Part shown: piece by piece, positions 25,795-40,905 of the stretch
Numbering within the stretch: position 1 is the first letter of the stretch
How the letters are laid out: every line of letters starts with the position of its first letter
Assembly (NCBI GenBank): GCA_013239625.1
Contig: MU053792.1
Location: 1,010,112-1,074,111 of the forward strand
DNA: 64,000 bases
Direction of reading: 5' to 3'
Source of the DNA: Lama guanicoe
Lineage: Eukaryota
Translations under genes and position numbers: made by a program
The notes under the pieces: generated by a model
Databases searched by the model: none
Told to the model about the DNA's origin: nothing
The model's input: the letters and a program-made list of their open reading frames with translations, nothing else

Positions 25795-28520
25795 CCCAAA
25801 CTTATTAGAACTAACAAATGAAATCAGTAAAGTTTCAAGACAGAACATTAATAATCAGAAATCTGTTGCTTTTCTATACACTAATAATGAACTATCAGAA
25901 ACAGAAATCAAGAAAGCAATGCCATGAATAATTAAATCAAAGAGAATGAAATACCTAGGAATAAGTTTAACTAAGGAGGTGAAAGACTTATATTCTGAAA
26001 ACTGGAAGTCACTGATAAAGGAAATTGAAGACAATATAATTAAATGGAAAAATATCCTGTGGTCATAGATCGGAAGAATTATTGTTAAAATGACCACACT
26101 TACTACCCAATGCAATTTGCAGACTCAAAGCAATCCCTATCAAAATGCCCATGAGATTTTTCACAGAACTAGAACAAATTGTTCTAAAATTATATGGCAT
26201 GACAGAAGATCACAAATAGCCAAAGTAATCTTGAAAAAAAAAAAAAGCTGGAGGTAGGCTCCTTGACTTCAGACTATAGTACAAAGCTACAGTAATCAAA
26301 ACAGTGTAGTACTGGCACAAAACAGACACAAAGATCATGGAATAGAGTAGGGAGCCCAAAAATAAACCCATTCACATAAGGTCAGTTAACCTACAACAAA
26401 GGAGGCAAGAACATACAATGGAGAAAAGACAGTCTCTTCAGTAAATTGTGCTGGGAAAACTGTACAGCTACATGTAAAAGAATGAAACTAGACCATTTTC
26501 TCCCACCATATATTAAATAAACATTAAATAAATAAACATTAAATGGATTAAACACCTAAATGTAAGACCTATAATCATAAATCTCCTAGAAGAAAATGTA
26601 GGCAGTGTACACTTTGATATCAGTCTTAGTAATATTTTTTGGATCTGTCTCTTCAGGCAAGAGAACAAAAGCAAAATTAAGCAAATGGGATCTAATCAAA
26701 TGTAAAAGCTTTTGCATAGCAAAGGAAATCAACAAATTAAAAAACAACCTACTGAATGGGGGAAGATATTTGTAAATGGTATGTTCAATCAGGGGTTAAT
26801 ATTCAAAATATATTTTAAAAAACTCATACAATTCAATATCAAAAAACAACAACAACAATTTGATTTAAAAAATGGTTGGAGGACCTGAATAGGCAATTTT
26901 CCAAAGAAGACACACAGGTGGCCAATATGTCAATGCTCAACATAAATGGAAATTTAAACTACAATGAAATATCACCTCACATATGTCAGAAGGCTATTGT
27001 CAAAAAGACAAGAAATAACGTGTCGACAAGGATATGAAGAAAAGGGAATCCTTATGCACTTTTGACAGGAATGTAAGTTGATACAGCCACTTTTGAAAAC
27101 AGTAGAGAGTTTTCTCAAAAAAATGAAGAATAGAACTATCCCATGATCTAGCAATTCCACTTCTGGGTATTTATTCAAAAGGAACAGGGTGTAGAGAAAA
27201 GGGAGCCCTCCTACAAGGCTGGTAGGAATGTAGTTTGGTGCAGCCATTATGGGAAACAGTATGGAGATTCCTCAAAAAACTAAAAATGGGTTTAGCATAT
27301 GCTCCAGCAATCCTAATTCTGGGTATATATTTAGAGGGAACTCTAATGAGAAAAGATACATACACCCCAATATTCATAGAAGCACTATTTACAACAGCCA
27401 AGACATGGAAGCAACCTAAATGTCCATCAACAGATGACTGGATAAAGAAGTTGTGGTATATTTATACAATGGAATACTATTCAGCCATAAAAAAGAATAA
27501 AATAATGCCATTTGCAGCAACATGGATGGACCTAGAGACCATCACTTTAAGTGAAGCCAGAAACAGAAAAAAAAATACCATATTATATCACTCATATGTG
27601 GAATCTAAAAAAAAAAATACACTATGAACTCATCTACAAAACAGAAACAGACTTGCAGACTTAGTAAACAATCTTACGGTTACCAGGGAAAGGAGGTGGG
27701 AGGGGATAAATTTGGGAGTTACAGATTTACAAATGTTAGCCACTATATATACTATATATAAAAATAAAGTTTTTTAAAAAGTTTCTTTTGTATGTCACAG
27801 GGAACTATGTTCAATATCTTATAATAACCTTTAATGGAAAAAAATATGAAAATGAATATATGTATGTATCTGCATGGGACATTGTGCTGTACATCAGAAA
27901 TTGACACATTGTATCTGTATTTCAATAAAAAAATTTTTTTAATTAAAAAAAAATAAAAACATTAACTCAAAAAGATATATGCACCCCAATGTTCATAGCA
28001 GGGTTATTAACAATACCCAAGATATGGAAGCAATCTCAGTGCCCATCAACAGATGAACTGATAAAGAAGATGTGGTATATACAAACATTTGAATATTAGC
28101 CATTAAAAAAATGAAATTTTGCCACTTGTGACAACATGGATGAAACTGGAGGGTATTATACTCAATGAAGTAAGTCAGGCAGAGAAAGATAAATATTGTA
28201 TATTTTCACTTATGGCTGGAATCTAAAAAATCAAACAAATAAAAACAATAAGACAGAAACAGACCCACAGACACAGATAACAAACTACTGGTTATCAGAG
28301 GGGAGAGGGATGAGTGGAAGGGCAAAGTTGATGAAGGGCATTAAGAGGTACAAACTACTAGGTACAAAATAAATGCTGTAAGGATGTAATATGCAGCACA
28401 TGGATAATGGTTAATATTTTATAACAACTTTGGAGTATAATCTATAAAAACATCAAATTATTATGTTGTACACCTCAAACTAATATAATATTATAAGCCA
28501 ACTATACATCAATTTCTAAA
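25795..28520 (+). mobile_element. Older L1 (ORF2 3' half and 3'UTR) interrupted by a younger L1
   Basis: ORF2 RT-to-C-terminal sequence (KYLGI, ELEQI, KATVIKTV). It resumes at ~27953 and ends ...ttataagccaactatacatcaat. Confidence 0.88.
27185..27952 (+). mobile_element. Younger L1 3' end nested in the older L1
   Basis: [20 protein letters not shown]...[19 protein letters not shown], with its own 3'UTR and A tail. Confidence 0.88.
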
Positions 28521-30141
28521 GTGATTCCAATTTTATCTGATAAAATACACCAATTTTATTTAGTGAAGTTTATTTTTACATTTGTTTAATTATGGCAGAG
28601 GATGGTAGAAATGAAAACGTCCCCAGACTGGAAAAAGCTTTTCTCTGCTGATTGTCACTCTAGGATAGAAATTAAAATTTTTCAAGGGTAAAAGTATCAT
28701 GATCAAAGGCAAAGGGAAGAAAACTGCATAGAATTATTTGGAAAGTAGCTTGACAAACATAGTTATGTTGATATGAGACAATCTTAAACAGGGTGGGCAA
28801 AGAACATTGGAGAACATTACACTGGGTTCAGAAGGCAAAGAGAGACTTGTTACAGGGAAGACAAAATTATAATACCTTTAACCCGACTTCCAAATCCATT
28901 CTAACTGGTTTCTCACATATTTTTTTATTATTCTAAACACAGTGAGAGTTAGGCAGGGCCTAATATTCAGTGTAATAGAGACAAGAACCATGAAGCTAAG
29001 AGACACGAACTGCCCCACATCACCCAGCTGATGGCTGGACCTATGGTATTTCCAGAGCTCTGCTCCTCTTCTTGTCAGTTCATGTCCTGTTAATTTGTAG
29101 GACATAAGGAATGCAGTACTTTGTGAAACCTGTTCTGGAAATGCCATAGAGGAAGGGTTTAAAAGAAAGGAACTAAGAATCAGGAAGCTGCTGGAGCACA
29201 CACAGCAGATGCCTCCTTGCTAAGGGCTGTATGTGAGATTGGAGGAGGCTGATATGAGGCATCAAAAGAAGAAAATACAAGACTTGATCAACAACTTGAG
29301 CAGATTGAAGAAGGCAAAGGATTGAAAGACAGCGCTAGATTTCCACCCAAACAACCTGGTAAAAATGGTGCCACTGCAGAAGAAAGACAATTTACAGACA
29401 CGAGAGAAGAGGGTTAATGAATCTGATTCTGGCGTGTAGTATGTATTTGAGAAAACAGCACAATACTCAGGGTGAAATGCCTTAAAACAAAAATACAGGT
29501 TTATAGTTCAGTTCAAATGTTGCAACTGGAAATTTAGATTTGAAAGGAATTGACACCAGAGCGAATGGATTTTTATATTTCAACTTATTGAGTTATTTAA
29601 AGATAAATGGGTCACATCAGAAGAATAAATGGTAAATAATGAAGGGTATTCCCTAATGAAATTCATCAAGAAAATTCTCCTCAGAATATATTTTCAATAT
29701 TGAAATTTTATAATCATTGTCATTTCTCATTCCTTCTGGTCTCAATTCAGTTCAGCAGTCTCAATGCCTTTATCTACAGTGGTAAATTAATCTCCTGAAA
29801 GTAAGTCAATCAATTTATCTTTGTTTTTTTTTCCAAGAAGGTATGTTCTTTGGTTGTCTTCCCACTATACATAAGATAAATCTTCTTTTGATATGCATTA
29901 GGGAAAATTTCAAAGTGATTCTTTTGACAATTCTCATCTGGGTTTTAATTAAGGCACTGCACAAAATGTCACCTGGTATGCATATATGTAAAGGATCAAC
30001 ACATGACAAAAAGAAGTTAAGAGTTTGGAAAATGAAACAGGTGGTTTATATTTTGGAAGTTTTAGAAGTTATAACTTCAAGGTAGCTACTAGAAAGCCGT
30101 GACAAATTAAAAATTACATACGGTTGAAAAGACAATATGGT

Positions 30142-30420
30142 AGTCAGTGTCTGCAAATCCTAAACTCCCAATTTATCCCTCTACACTCCCCCTTTCCCCA
30201 CTGGTAACCGGAAGTTTATTTTCTATGTCTGTTAGTCTGTTTCTGTTTTGTAAATAAGTTCATTTGTGTCTTTTTTTTTAGACTCCATGTATATGTGACA
30301 TCATATGGTATTTTTCTTTCTCTTTCTGGCTTACTTCATTTAGTATGACAATCTCCGGGTCCATCCATGTTGCTGTAAATGGCATTATTTTGTTATTTTT
30401 CATGGCTGAGTAGTATTCCA
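30142..30420 (-). mobile_element. L1 3' fragment (minus strand)
   Basis: Reverse complement of the L1 3' segment EYYSAMKNNKIMPF...KEKYH. Confidence 0.88.
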
Positions 30421-30422
30421 CC

Positions 30423-30912
30423 AACAGCTGACTGGATAAAGAAGAGGTGTTGTGTATATACAATGGAATACTACTCAGCCATAAAAAATAATGAAATAAT
30501 GCCATTTGCAGCAACATGGGTGGCCCTGGAGAATGTCATTCTAAGTGAAGTAAGCCAGAAATAGAAAAATACCATATGATATTACTCATATGTAGAATCA
30601 AAAAAAAAGGAAAAGAAAAAGACAAATGAACTTATACATAAAACAGACTCACAGACATAGAAAACAGACTTATGGTTACCGAGGAGATGGGGTGGGAAGG
30701 ACTAAACTGGGAGCTCGAGATTTGCAGATACTGACTGGTATGTATAAAACAGATAAACAAGTTTGTACTGTATCACACAAGGAGCTATATTCGATATCTT
30801 GTAGTCACTTATTATGAAAATGAATATACGTATATTCACGTGTGACTGAAGCAATGTGCTGTACACCAGAAATTGACACAGCATTGTAAACTGACTATAT
30901 TTCAATTAAAAA
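30423..30912 (+). mobile_element. Young L1 3' end
   Basis: DWIKK...MEYYSAIKNNEIMPFAATW, 3'UTR and A tail. Confidence 0.9.
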
Positions 30913-30987
30913 AGAGGAAGAAAGGAAGGGAGGGAGGGAGGGAGGGAGAGAGAGGGAAAGAAAAGAAAGAAAGAAAGAGAAAGAAAG

Positions 30988-31053
<66 letters not shown>

Positions 31054-31075
31054 GAAGGAAAGAAAGAAGGAAGGA

Positions 31076-31106
<31 letters not shown>

Positions 31107-31132
31107 GGAAAGAGAGAGAGAAAGAAAGAAAG
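30913..31132 (+). repeat. (GGGA)n/(GAAA)n polypurine microsatellite
   Basis: About 220 nt of uninterrupted A/G directly after the L1 tail. Confidence 0.97.
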
Positions 31133-31609
31133 ATGTAGAGCAACCCAGTGAAAATAATTTTGAATTCAAAATAAAAATTTACAGAGAGGTAGCTACCAAT
31201 TTAAAATAAACTATTCTGGAAGCACTATGATCTGTTTTTATTTTCAGGATAGAAGTGAAAAAGCATGAAGAAGTAGAAAATTAAAAGAGAGAAGCAAAGT
31301 TATAAAATAGACAAATCAGGAAGAAATGAAGTGAAGCAAGAATTCTCTTCTGTTACAAAGACTATAAAGTGTTTAATTTGTAAGAAAAAGCCTGAGAGTA
31401 CACTTATTTCTTTCCCTGAAAATTTATGGCCCCTTTCTTCTTCTAAATCAGTATTCTTATAAAAGGGATGGGAAAGTGTTCCTTATGATCAGGATGACAA
31501 TATAATTTAATGCCTATATTAGGGTATTTGTCTCTAGGATAAAGGCTAAACCAGATAATCTCCCAATTGCACTGTGTTACCAGGAGTATCCGAGGCTAAC
31601 CAGAATGGC

Positions 31610-32092
31610 AGTGCAGATTATGAGAATGGACAGAATTCGTCACCCCTCCCTCTATCCCCATCTTTTGCAGAATGACTTTACAGCTCCTTATACCCAGAGG
31701 TAGACTTTATTTTCCATCTCTTAACTCTAGTCTGACCCTATGATTTGTTTTGGCCAATATAATGCAGCAGAAGTGATGTGCCAGTCCTGAGCCTTGATCT
31801 CAAGATACTTTGAGTATCACTTCTTTAGCTCTTGAACTCCTGTCATTCCCATTAAAAGAAGTCCTGTTAAAAGATTAGACACCATCAGAAGAGCTGAGAC
31901 CCTCCATCCCCCAACCAGTATCCAGTTAGCAACCCCAGAAGTTAAACAGCCTAGTCAACCTACAGTTGACCATGAGAAGCCAGCCTAGACCAGAACCACC
32001 CAACTGAGCTCAGCCTAATTGCCTCTAAAATCATAAGCAACATGAGCCACTAAGTTTCAGAGTGGTTTGTTACACAGCAATAGCTAACCAAT
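31610..32092 (+). mobile_element. MLT1 (MaLR) LTR
   Basis: ttggccaatataatgcagcagaagtgatgtgccagtcctgagcc...gagccactaagtttcagagtggtttgttacacagcaatagctaac. Confidence 0.8.
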
Positions 32093-32880
32093 ATGACTCA
32101 CTCCAAGTGTGCCTACCATTTCAGAAATGCAACAATGAAGCTTTCCACTGTAGTGAACCAACGCAATCCAGCTATACCCGGGGCAGGGTTAAGAAACCCA
32201 AGGCTCCTCAACCAAAGCCCTGGAAATACTAAACTGTTGCTGCTTTTCATTTTTTAAGTCTCTTACTTCTGGGAACATAAGAATGCTCCATCCACAAATA
32301 ATATTGGCTATCTTCATGTTTACTTCTAGGAAATTAAAATCTATTGATCTTACATGTAACAATAATAATCAATTTGCTTTTAAAGTTGCATTTTATAGTT
32401 TACATACCATTTTAAAAACAATAAACCTATGAAGCATAGGCAGAGGAGAAATCATTATGCTCATTTTACAATGAGGAAACCAGATCACAGGTAAGTTAAA
32501 CGACTTTTACAAGCAGCAAGTAACAAAACTACCATACTTATAACTTCACTTACATACTTTCAAGACTCCATCTCTTTAGACCTCTTACGCTAAAAGCCTG
32601 GGTCAGTATTGGTGTATCATTTTTCAGGTATTTAATTAAATTGGTGAGGTTATCGTTTCCTTTCTTACAAAGGTAGAGCTAAAATGACTTAGCTCAAGGG
32701 TTGTTTTGAGGAACAAACAAAATAATGTATGAAAAACACATAGCACAATGCTTAACACAAATGTTAGGCCTCTTCTTCTGACTCACCATGATAAACCTCT
32801 CTTCCAGGCTTGATGAACCCCAACCATCAGAGCACTGAGCGTCACTTACAATGATAAATGTTGAGATAGTACAGGCAGAT

Positions 32881-32907
32881 TTTATTTCTATAGTAGAAGT
32901 ATTTATT
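32881..32907 (-). terminator. Tandem AATAAA polyadenylation signals of MSANTD4
   Basis: TTTATT on + at 32881-32886 and 32902-32907, about 1.6 kb downstream of the MSANTD4 stop. Confidence 0.65.
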
Positions 32908-33998
32908 TCAGGTATAGAAAAATAACACTATTTCAAAGTCAAGGTAACTAAACAGAAGTGTATTTTGCCGTTATATACCCAGACTCAAATATCACGTATG
33001 GTTTCAAGACATTCTTAAATTAACAAGGAACATTTGCAGAATCAAGGTAGTATCTGTCAAGAGAAGAGATGTATGAAGGCTACGTATCAGCCCTGGAAAT
33101 GCGAAAATACAAAGTGATCTCGTGCCATGATTCTCAACTTCAGTGTGTATTAGAATCATCTAGATTATGGGAAAAGCACCTTCAGGGGACTGAAGGCAAA
33201 TCACCAGATAAAGCCCCTGGTCTCAGAATAAACACCAAAGGGACTGAAGATACAAATTCTGTTGCTCAGGGAGGGGCAAAGACAAAATACACCATGATAT
33301 ATGAAATCAGCCTTTTACTCACTGTGTGACTTCCCTAAGCTTCAGATTCAGGAATAATAATAGATACAGCTCTCCACTTGCTCAGCAGATTAGATCAGAT
33401 GGTGTGCAGTAAGTGCCTCCCTAATTCATAACACACAGCTAATATTATTATTTCATCACAATCATTACTATCAGATACAAAGGATTCTCCCCCCCACCCC
33501 CACTCCCACTTCCAAGTAGCTATTACCTTATTTTAAAAATCAAATAACCACACATGGAGTTCAAGCTCATCGACTACTGGTACCATTTTTTAATTAGTAC
33601 CATTTGTACTAGCTTCAGCCAGTCACTTACATTAAGATTTCAGTACATGGTTGCAATGACAATTTTTGTATCTCAGCTAAGACAATGGATTCAAAGGAAG
33701 GGAAACAAAAGCTTAAAAACTGTGTTGCTTCTAATGCTCGGCAAGTGAACTGCTTTTCAAAGTGACCCGCTTTAGCCAAATCTCTGATGTTCCCTGTGTT
33801 GTTTTCTGAGTCCCAGGTTATTTATAGATGGAAACACGGGAATAAAATACCTATAATCTTCATCACTTCCTATATTCAACATACTACACAGTTATGTTTC
33901 ATAGTTCATTTGGGGAGCCATTTAAGTAACTCCCACATAAATATCTAAGATTTTAATATACTGTGAAACAAAGCTAGAGGTGCTCAGTCAGGCTAGGA

Positions 33999-34217
33999 CA
34001 GGGTTTGACAATCTCAGTAATATTGGCATTGGGGTTGGATCACTCTTTCATGTGGGAGGCTGCCCCACGCTTTGCAGGATGTAGGCATCCCTGGCCTCCA
34101 TCCACTACATGCCAGTAGCAACGTACCCCACTGCCCAGTTTTGACAAACAACAATGTCTCCAGGCATTGCCAAATGTCTTTTGGGGGGCCCAAATCACCC
34201 CTAGTTGAGAACTACAG
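33999..34217 (+). mobile_element. MER20 (hAT-Charlie) in MSANTD4 3'UTR
   Basis: catccctggcctccatccactacatgccagtagc...aatgtctccaggcattgccaaatgtc...gttgagaac. 8-bp TSD ggctagga/ggctagaa. Confidence 0.85.
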
Positions 34218-34525
34218 GGCTAGAATTTTATATAGACATAATTGTAAACTCTGAGTACACAGATTATACAAGACTTTATGCAATTTTACTAATTTATAGA
34301 GTAGAGCTCAATAGTTGTTGCTATACTATGTATGCTAGGGCACATAGATTTTATGCAATATACTACTTAAGCATACAGTTACCCACAGATAACTATCTTC
34401 TTCCTATTGGAAACACTGAGATTAAACGGGAAAAAAAAATCAACAATACAGCTAATCCTGCAACCATTTTTGTATTACCTAAACCTAGGGTTTCCAAACA
34501 TTTGATAAACGGAGACCTCGATAAA

Positions 34526-35101
<576 letters not shown>

Positions 35102-35434
35102 CTAAAAGAAAAGAGAAAAGTCATTTTTAGTTTTCAGCATTTATTTCTACTTCACAGCTGTTAATTTGGCTGAACATTTCTTAAAAGTTTTCTGTATTGT
35201 TTTGAGTACACAAAAACCATTTACTTTGAATTCTGAAAAGGATTTCCTATGAATTACTTGATATCATTAATATATAATTAAGAGAAGTATACTTAGGTGA
35301 AAAGAGATTACTGATATTAAGATGGAAAAAACCAGAATGATTTTGTTATGTACTATTTTTAAGTTAGCTTGAAAATCTTGGAATTTAACTATTCTTGGTC
35401 TATAATAAACTGTGACATCAGAGATGAAGAAATA

Positions 35435-35936
35435 AAGAAGATGTGGTATATTTATACAATGGAATACTATTCAGCCATTAAAAATGACAACATAACACCA
35501 GCAACATGGATGTCCCTGGAGAATGTCATTCTAAGTGAAGTAAGCCAGAAAGAGAAAGAAAAATACCATATGAGATCGCTCATATGTGGAATCTAAAAAA
35601 AAAAAGGAAAGGAAAGGAAAGGAAAAGAAAAAGAAATACAAAACAGAAGCAGACTCATAGACATAGAATACAAACTTGTGGTTGCCAAGGGGGAAGGGAC
35701 GGATGGGGAGTTCAAAATTTGCAGATACTGACAGGCATATGTAGAAGAGATAAACAAGATTATACTGTATGGCACAGGGAAATATATACAAGATCTTGTG
35801 GTAGCTCACAGCAAAAAAGAAAGTGGCAATGAAGATATGTATGCTCATATATAATTGAAAAATTGTGCTCTGTACACTGGAAATTGACACAACATGTTAG
35901 ACTGACTATAACTCAATAAAATAAAATTAAAAATAA
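35435..35936 (+). mobile_element. Young L1 3' end in MSANTD4 last intron (antisense to gene)
   Basis: L1 3' sequence with TSD agagatgaagaaata (35420-35434) / agaaatgaagaaata (35937-35951). Confidence 0.9.
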
Positions 35937-35964
35937 AGAAATGAAGAAATACAAAGATGGTTCA

Positions 35965-36588
<624 letters not shown>

Positions 36589-37427
36589 CTAAAGAGAAAG
36601 AAGTAAAAATCAATCGACCTGTGACTTCTGCAGTGTACTTCAACTCAATAAGCTATATTAATTAATTTTTTTTTAAACTTTACACATGGCTCAAAACTGA
36701 CCACATTTCTGTCCGCCAGCACTACCGCAGTGCAGGCTACCACATTCTCTCTCACCCGGGCTGCTGTAAAGGTTCCTGACTAATTGTCAGTATTTCCTCT
36801 TGGTCCACTTCCTACTTCTACTCTGCTCTCCCCAGTGCATCCTCTCCAACCACAGAGGCCTTCTTTCAGTCACCCATTCTTGTCAATCTCTCTCCCTACT
36901 CAGGGCCTTTGCACACACTGTTCCCTCCACCCAGGAAAATAGACAGCTCCCTGCCTGGCCTACTTAATTCCTCCCAGCTTTCAGTTTGCAGATTAGCAAT
37001 CTGTTTCTTGGTGAAACATTTCCTGATGAGTCAAGTTACTTCTTTTCCTCATCCAAATGTTACACTTGTGCTAACATACAAATAAGAGTGTCTCTTTCCC
37101 ACTTCACTAGAAGTTTCATGAGGACAGCAACAATTCTGCTCACCATCATTCCCCAGGCCCTAGCAGGGATTCTGGCACATGGCAGGCATGCCATAAACAC
37201 TTTCTGAATGAATAAACGAGTCAACCTGCCAAAGTGACTGCTAGTTTGGCATGTTAAAAAGTGAACAAAAAAAAAATTTAGACTCTGTGCAATAATTTTA
37301 GAGGAACACTGGAAGGCTGAGCTACAAAATCAGTAAAATTCAGAAACAAATTTGAGGCAATATAATCTGACCAGAGAAATGACAACTACTTATATTTTAC
37401 TACTTCTTAAATTAAAACCCATATTTA

Positions 37428-38077
37428 CCCACTCCTGGGCATGCATCCAGAAGGATACCCTAATTCAAAAAGACACCTGCACCCCAATATTCATAGCAGC
37501 ACTATTTACAATAGCCAAGACATGGAAACAGCCTAAATGTCCTTTGACAGATGACTGGATAAAGAAGTCATGGTATATTTATACACTGGAATACTATTCA
37601 GCCATAAAAATGACAACATAATGCCATTTGTGGCAACATGGATGTCCCTGGAAAATGTGATTCTAAGTGAAGTAAGCCAGAAAGAGAAAGAAAAATACCA
37701 TGTGATAAAACTCATATATGGAATCTTAAAAAAAAAAGAAAGACAAATGAACTTAAATATAAAACAGAAACAGACTCACAGACATAGAATACAAACTTGT
37801 GGTTGCCTGGGAGGAGGAGGGTGGGAAGGGATAGACTCGGAGTTTGAGATTTGTAGATACTGACAGGTATATATAGAATAGATAAACAAGATTATACTGT
37901 ATAGCACAGGAAATATATACAAGATCTTCTAGTAGCTCATGGTGAAAAACAATATGAAAATGAACATATGTATATTCATATAAGACTGAAGCATTGTGCT
38001 GTACACCAGAAATTGACACAAACAACATTGTAAACTGACTATAACTCAATTAAAAAAATGAAATAAAATAAATTTTA
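37428..38077 (+). mobile_element. Young L1 3' end in MSANTD4 upstream intron
   Basis: Perfect 14-bp TSD AAAACCCATATTTA (37414-37427, 38078-38091) at a TT|AAAA endonuclease site. Confidence 0.93.
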
Positions 38078-39544
38078 AAAACCCATATTTAGTTTAAACC
38101 TACACAGAAATCCTAAGCTTGGAATAAAAGTTCCTGAAACAATGAAAATATCGTAAGGATATGACAGAATGAAAGGGATAACATAAAAGTGGCAAGGATT
38201 TTTCCCAAACTAATTAGTTACAGAAAAAGATCACTAATTAAAATAAGAACAGTATTTTCCCAAATTCCTAAACGTCTTGGAGACTAATGAACGTTTTGTG
38301 GTTTACCACTGTAATACGGTCTCTCAGTGCTCACCGTAGCCTCCCTGACCTCAAACGAAACCCATCTGGACAAAAGCTTCTAACACCAAATGAAACAAGG
38401 TTGGATGGTGTATTGTTTCTAATGTTTCAAGGAACTACTGAAATCAAAACCTGGCTTTCTCCCTCCTCTGCCATTTACTCCTCTCCTGTGAGGACCTAGA
38501 AGGTGGAAGTCCACTTGCTTCAAAGGCAGTATCTTCAACGCGTAACATAAATACTGTTATATTTAAAAGGTAGAAGCATGGTAAAAATACAAATAGTCAT
38601 CAATAGGGAATTGGATGAATAAACTATACTACAGCTGTGGAATGGAATACAGTGCCTCATTACAGTATATGAATGTGGCTTAGCACAACATTATCACTGT
38701 GTAAATGCTGGAGTTAATGCAAGCCAACAAAATCAGAAAAGGAATGTGTGCATGTGTCTGTGTGTGTGTGCACACTCACAGAAGCTCAGTTTTCAACTTA
38801 GGAGTATCTATACACAGAATATGCTTCGCTTTACAACAGGTTTACTCTGTGTCTACCACCACTCTCCAGCTCCAGGGACCACATGTGGAGTCATTTGTCT
38901 CAGTCTTATAGCTGTTTGTTAGCTCCTTTATTTTATTTTACTTTGAAATGATTAACATTATGTTAGAAATATATTTATGAGAAATTTTTATTACAGAAAA
39001 GTACATTTTTAAAGCCTCATAAACCCAACACCCACAAATCTCTGTTGACTTTTAAAAAAAAAAGCAAAGTATACACATACGGTTAGAAAACCTAAATAAA
39101 GAAATAAAATGAAATGAAAATCTCTCTCCACCATCACTGTAACTAACCTTAGTAATTTCTGGAGATGCTTTCCAGAAAATAATATATGTTTATAATAGCT
39201 TATATGTATTTATGAACACATACTCTGTATCACACATATTACATGAATACATATGAATTCCATTCCCATACATTAATTTTAAAAGATGTGACTGTTGAAA
39301 TTATTAAGATGTAAAATTATAAAAAGAAAAAGTGAAAGGAGAGTTGAAAGCAGAAAAATTAGATGACCATAAAGGCAACATATTATCATTCCAATAAATG
39401 GTCAATATAAAAATGATTTATGAGGGAGTTTCCATTCTTGTTTTTCTACTAAGTCTTTGAGTCCAATATGTATTTTACAGTTAGAGCACATCTCACTTTG
39501 CACTAAAGACATTTCAAGAACTCAATAGCATATATCAGTGCAAC

Positions 39545-39692
39545 TCTACAGCACATAAAAATCACCAAGGGAGCTTTTAAGAAATACTTACAATCAGTCC
39601 CCATCTCTGACCAATTAAAATAATCTTTGGAATACAGCCAGGCATTGGAAGTTCAAAAAGCTTTCCAGCAAATCTTCAGCATTTTCAACACA

Positions 39693-39733
<41 letters not shown>

Positions 39734-39920
39734 TAACTATGTGAGGTGACAGACATGTTAATTATCTTGATCTCAGTCATCATTCAACAATGTATTATAT
39801 GTATCAAGCCATCATATTGTACACTTTAAATATATACAATTATATTTGTCAATTATTTGTCAACAAAATTTTAAAAATCCTCTCCAGGTGATTCTCATTT
39901 GCAGCCAGGATTGAAAACAA
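39545..39920 (+). mobile_element. MER5-like hAT element interrupted by an old L1 3' end with (CA)n
   Basis: aatcaccaagggagcttttaa...|L1 end aactatgtgaggtgacagacatgttaatt...|tctccaggtgattctcatttgcagccaggattgaaaac. (CA)n at ~39694-39729. Confidence 0.65.
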
Positions 39921-40616
39921 GCAATCAGTGTGAAAAGTTTACTTGCTGAAATGTGCACAGAGGCCAAGGTGGGGAGCAAATGCTGTAGCTGCTAAGAAAT
40001 TTCCCTTCAGAGATCATTAAGACCTTATCTGCCACAAAACTTACAACATAGACAAAGCTGGTCTCTTTTTGGGGAAATCTGCCCAGTAGAATGTTAGGTC
40101 AGATGGAACAAGAATATGGCTAATTGTAAGGACCAATTCACACTCCTATTTGTTGGAAACATATCAAAGGAATGCAAGCTAAATCAATTCAGGCTTCAGT
40201 AGAAATGGACTTCTCTCTTTAGAGAACCAAATATTCTTATAAATAGCGTATCTTGAGACATCTACCCATATCTTTATTAGAAAGAATTAGGATTGAACTA
40301 GGAGTATATATTGGAAATATCCATTAAGGTTGATGAACTAAGACACAATGCTTCATTCAACAGTTACATAGAGTGCTTAAAACCTTTCAAAGGCTTTGCA
40401 TATACTTAGGAGGTAAATTCACTCTCCCTATGCCTCCTCTCTCTCTTACAAAACCTGAGTCCTACCTATGTATCTTCAAATCTGCCTTTTGACAGTTTTA
40501 TCTGTCGCCTCCAATACCAGCCCCAATCATACTTACCCAACCCACCCTCTCCAATACATGTGTACTCATGGGCACACACAGCACCAACCATTCTGAAATT
40601 CCTCTAAATTCTAGAT

Positions 40617-40905
40617 CAGTGCTATCCAACACAAATTTAATGAGAGTCACATACATAATTTTAAATCCTCTAGTAGCCACATTAAAAAAGTAAAGAGAAA
40701 CAGGCAAAAATTAATTATTAATTTTATTTAACCTCATATACCAAAATATTATTATTTCAATATGTAATCAACATAAAAAGTAATGAAGACATTTTATACT
40801 TTTTTTCTACTAAGACTTCAAAATCCAGTGGGTGGTTTGGACTAGCCACACCTCAAGTGCTCAATAGCAATGTATGGCTATTGGCTACTTTATTGGACAG
40901 CCCAG
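40617..40905 (+). mobile_element. MER33/MER3-like hAT element
   Basis: cagtgctatccaa...tctagtagccacattaaaaaagtaaa...ctagccacacctcaagtgctcaatagc...ttggacagc, flanked by ttctagat/ttctagct. Confidence 0.8.

Noticed and set aside
30873..31169. KERK-rich and FLSF-rich ORFs
   Set aside because: Translations of the (GAAA)n microsatellite.
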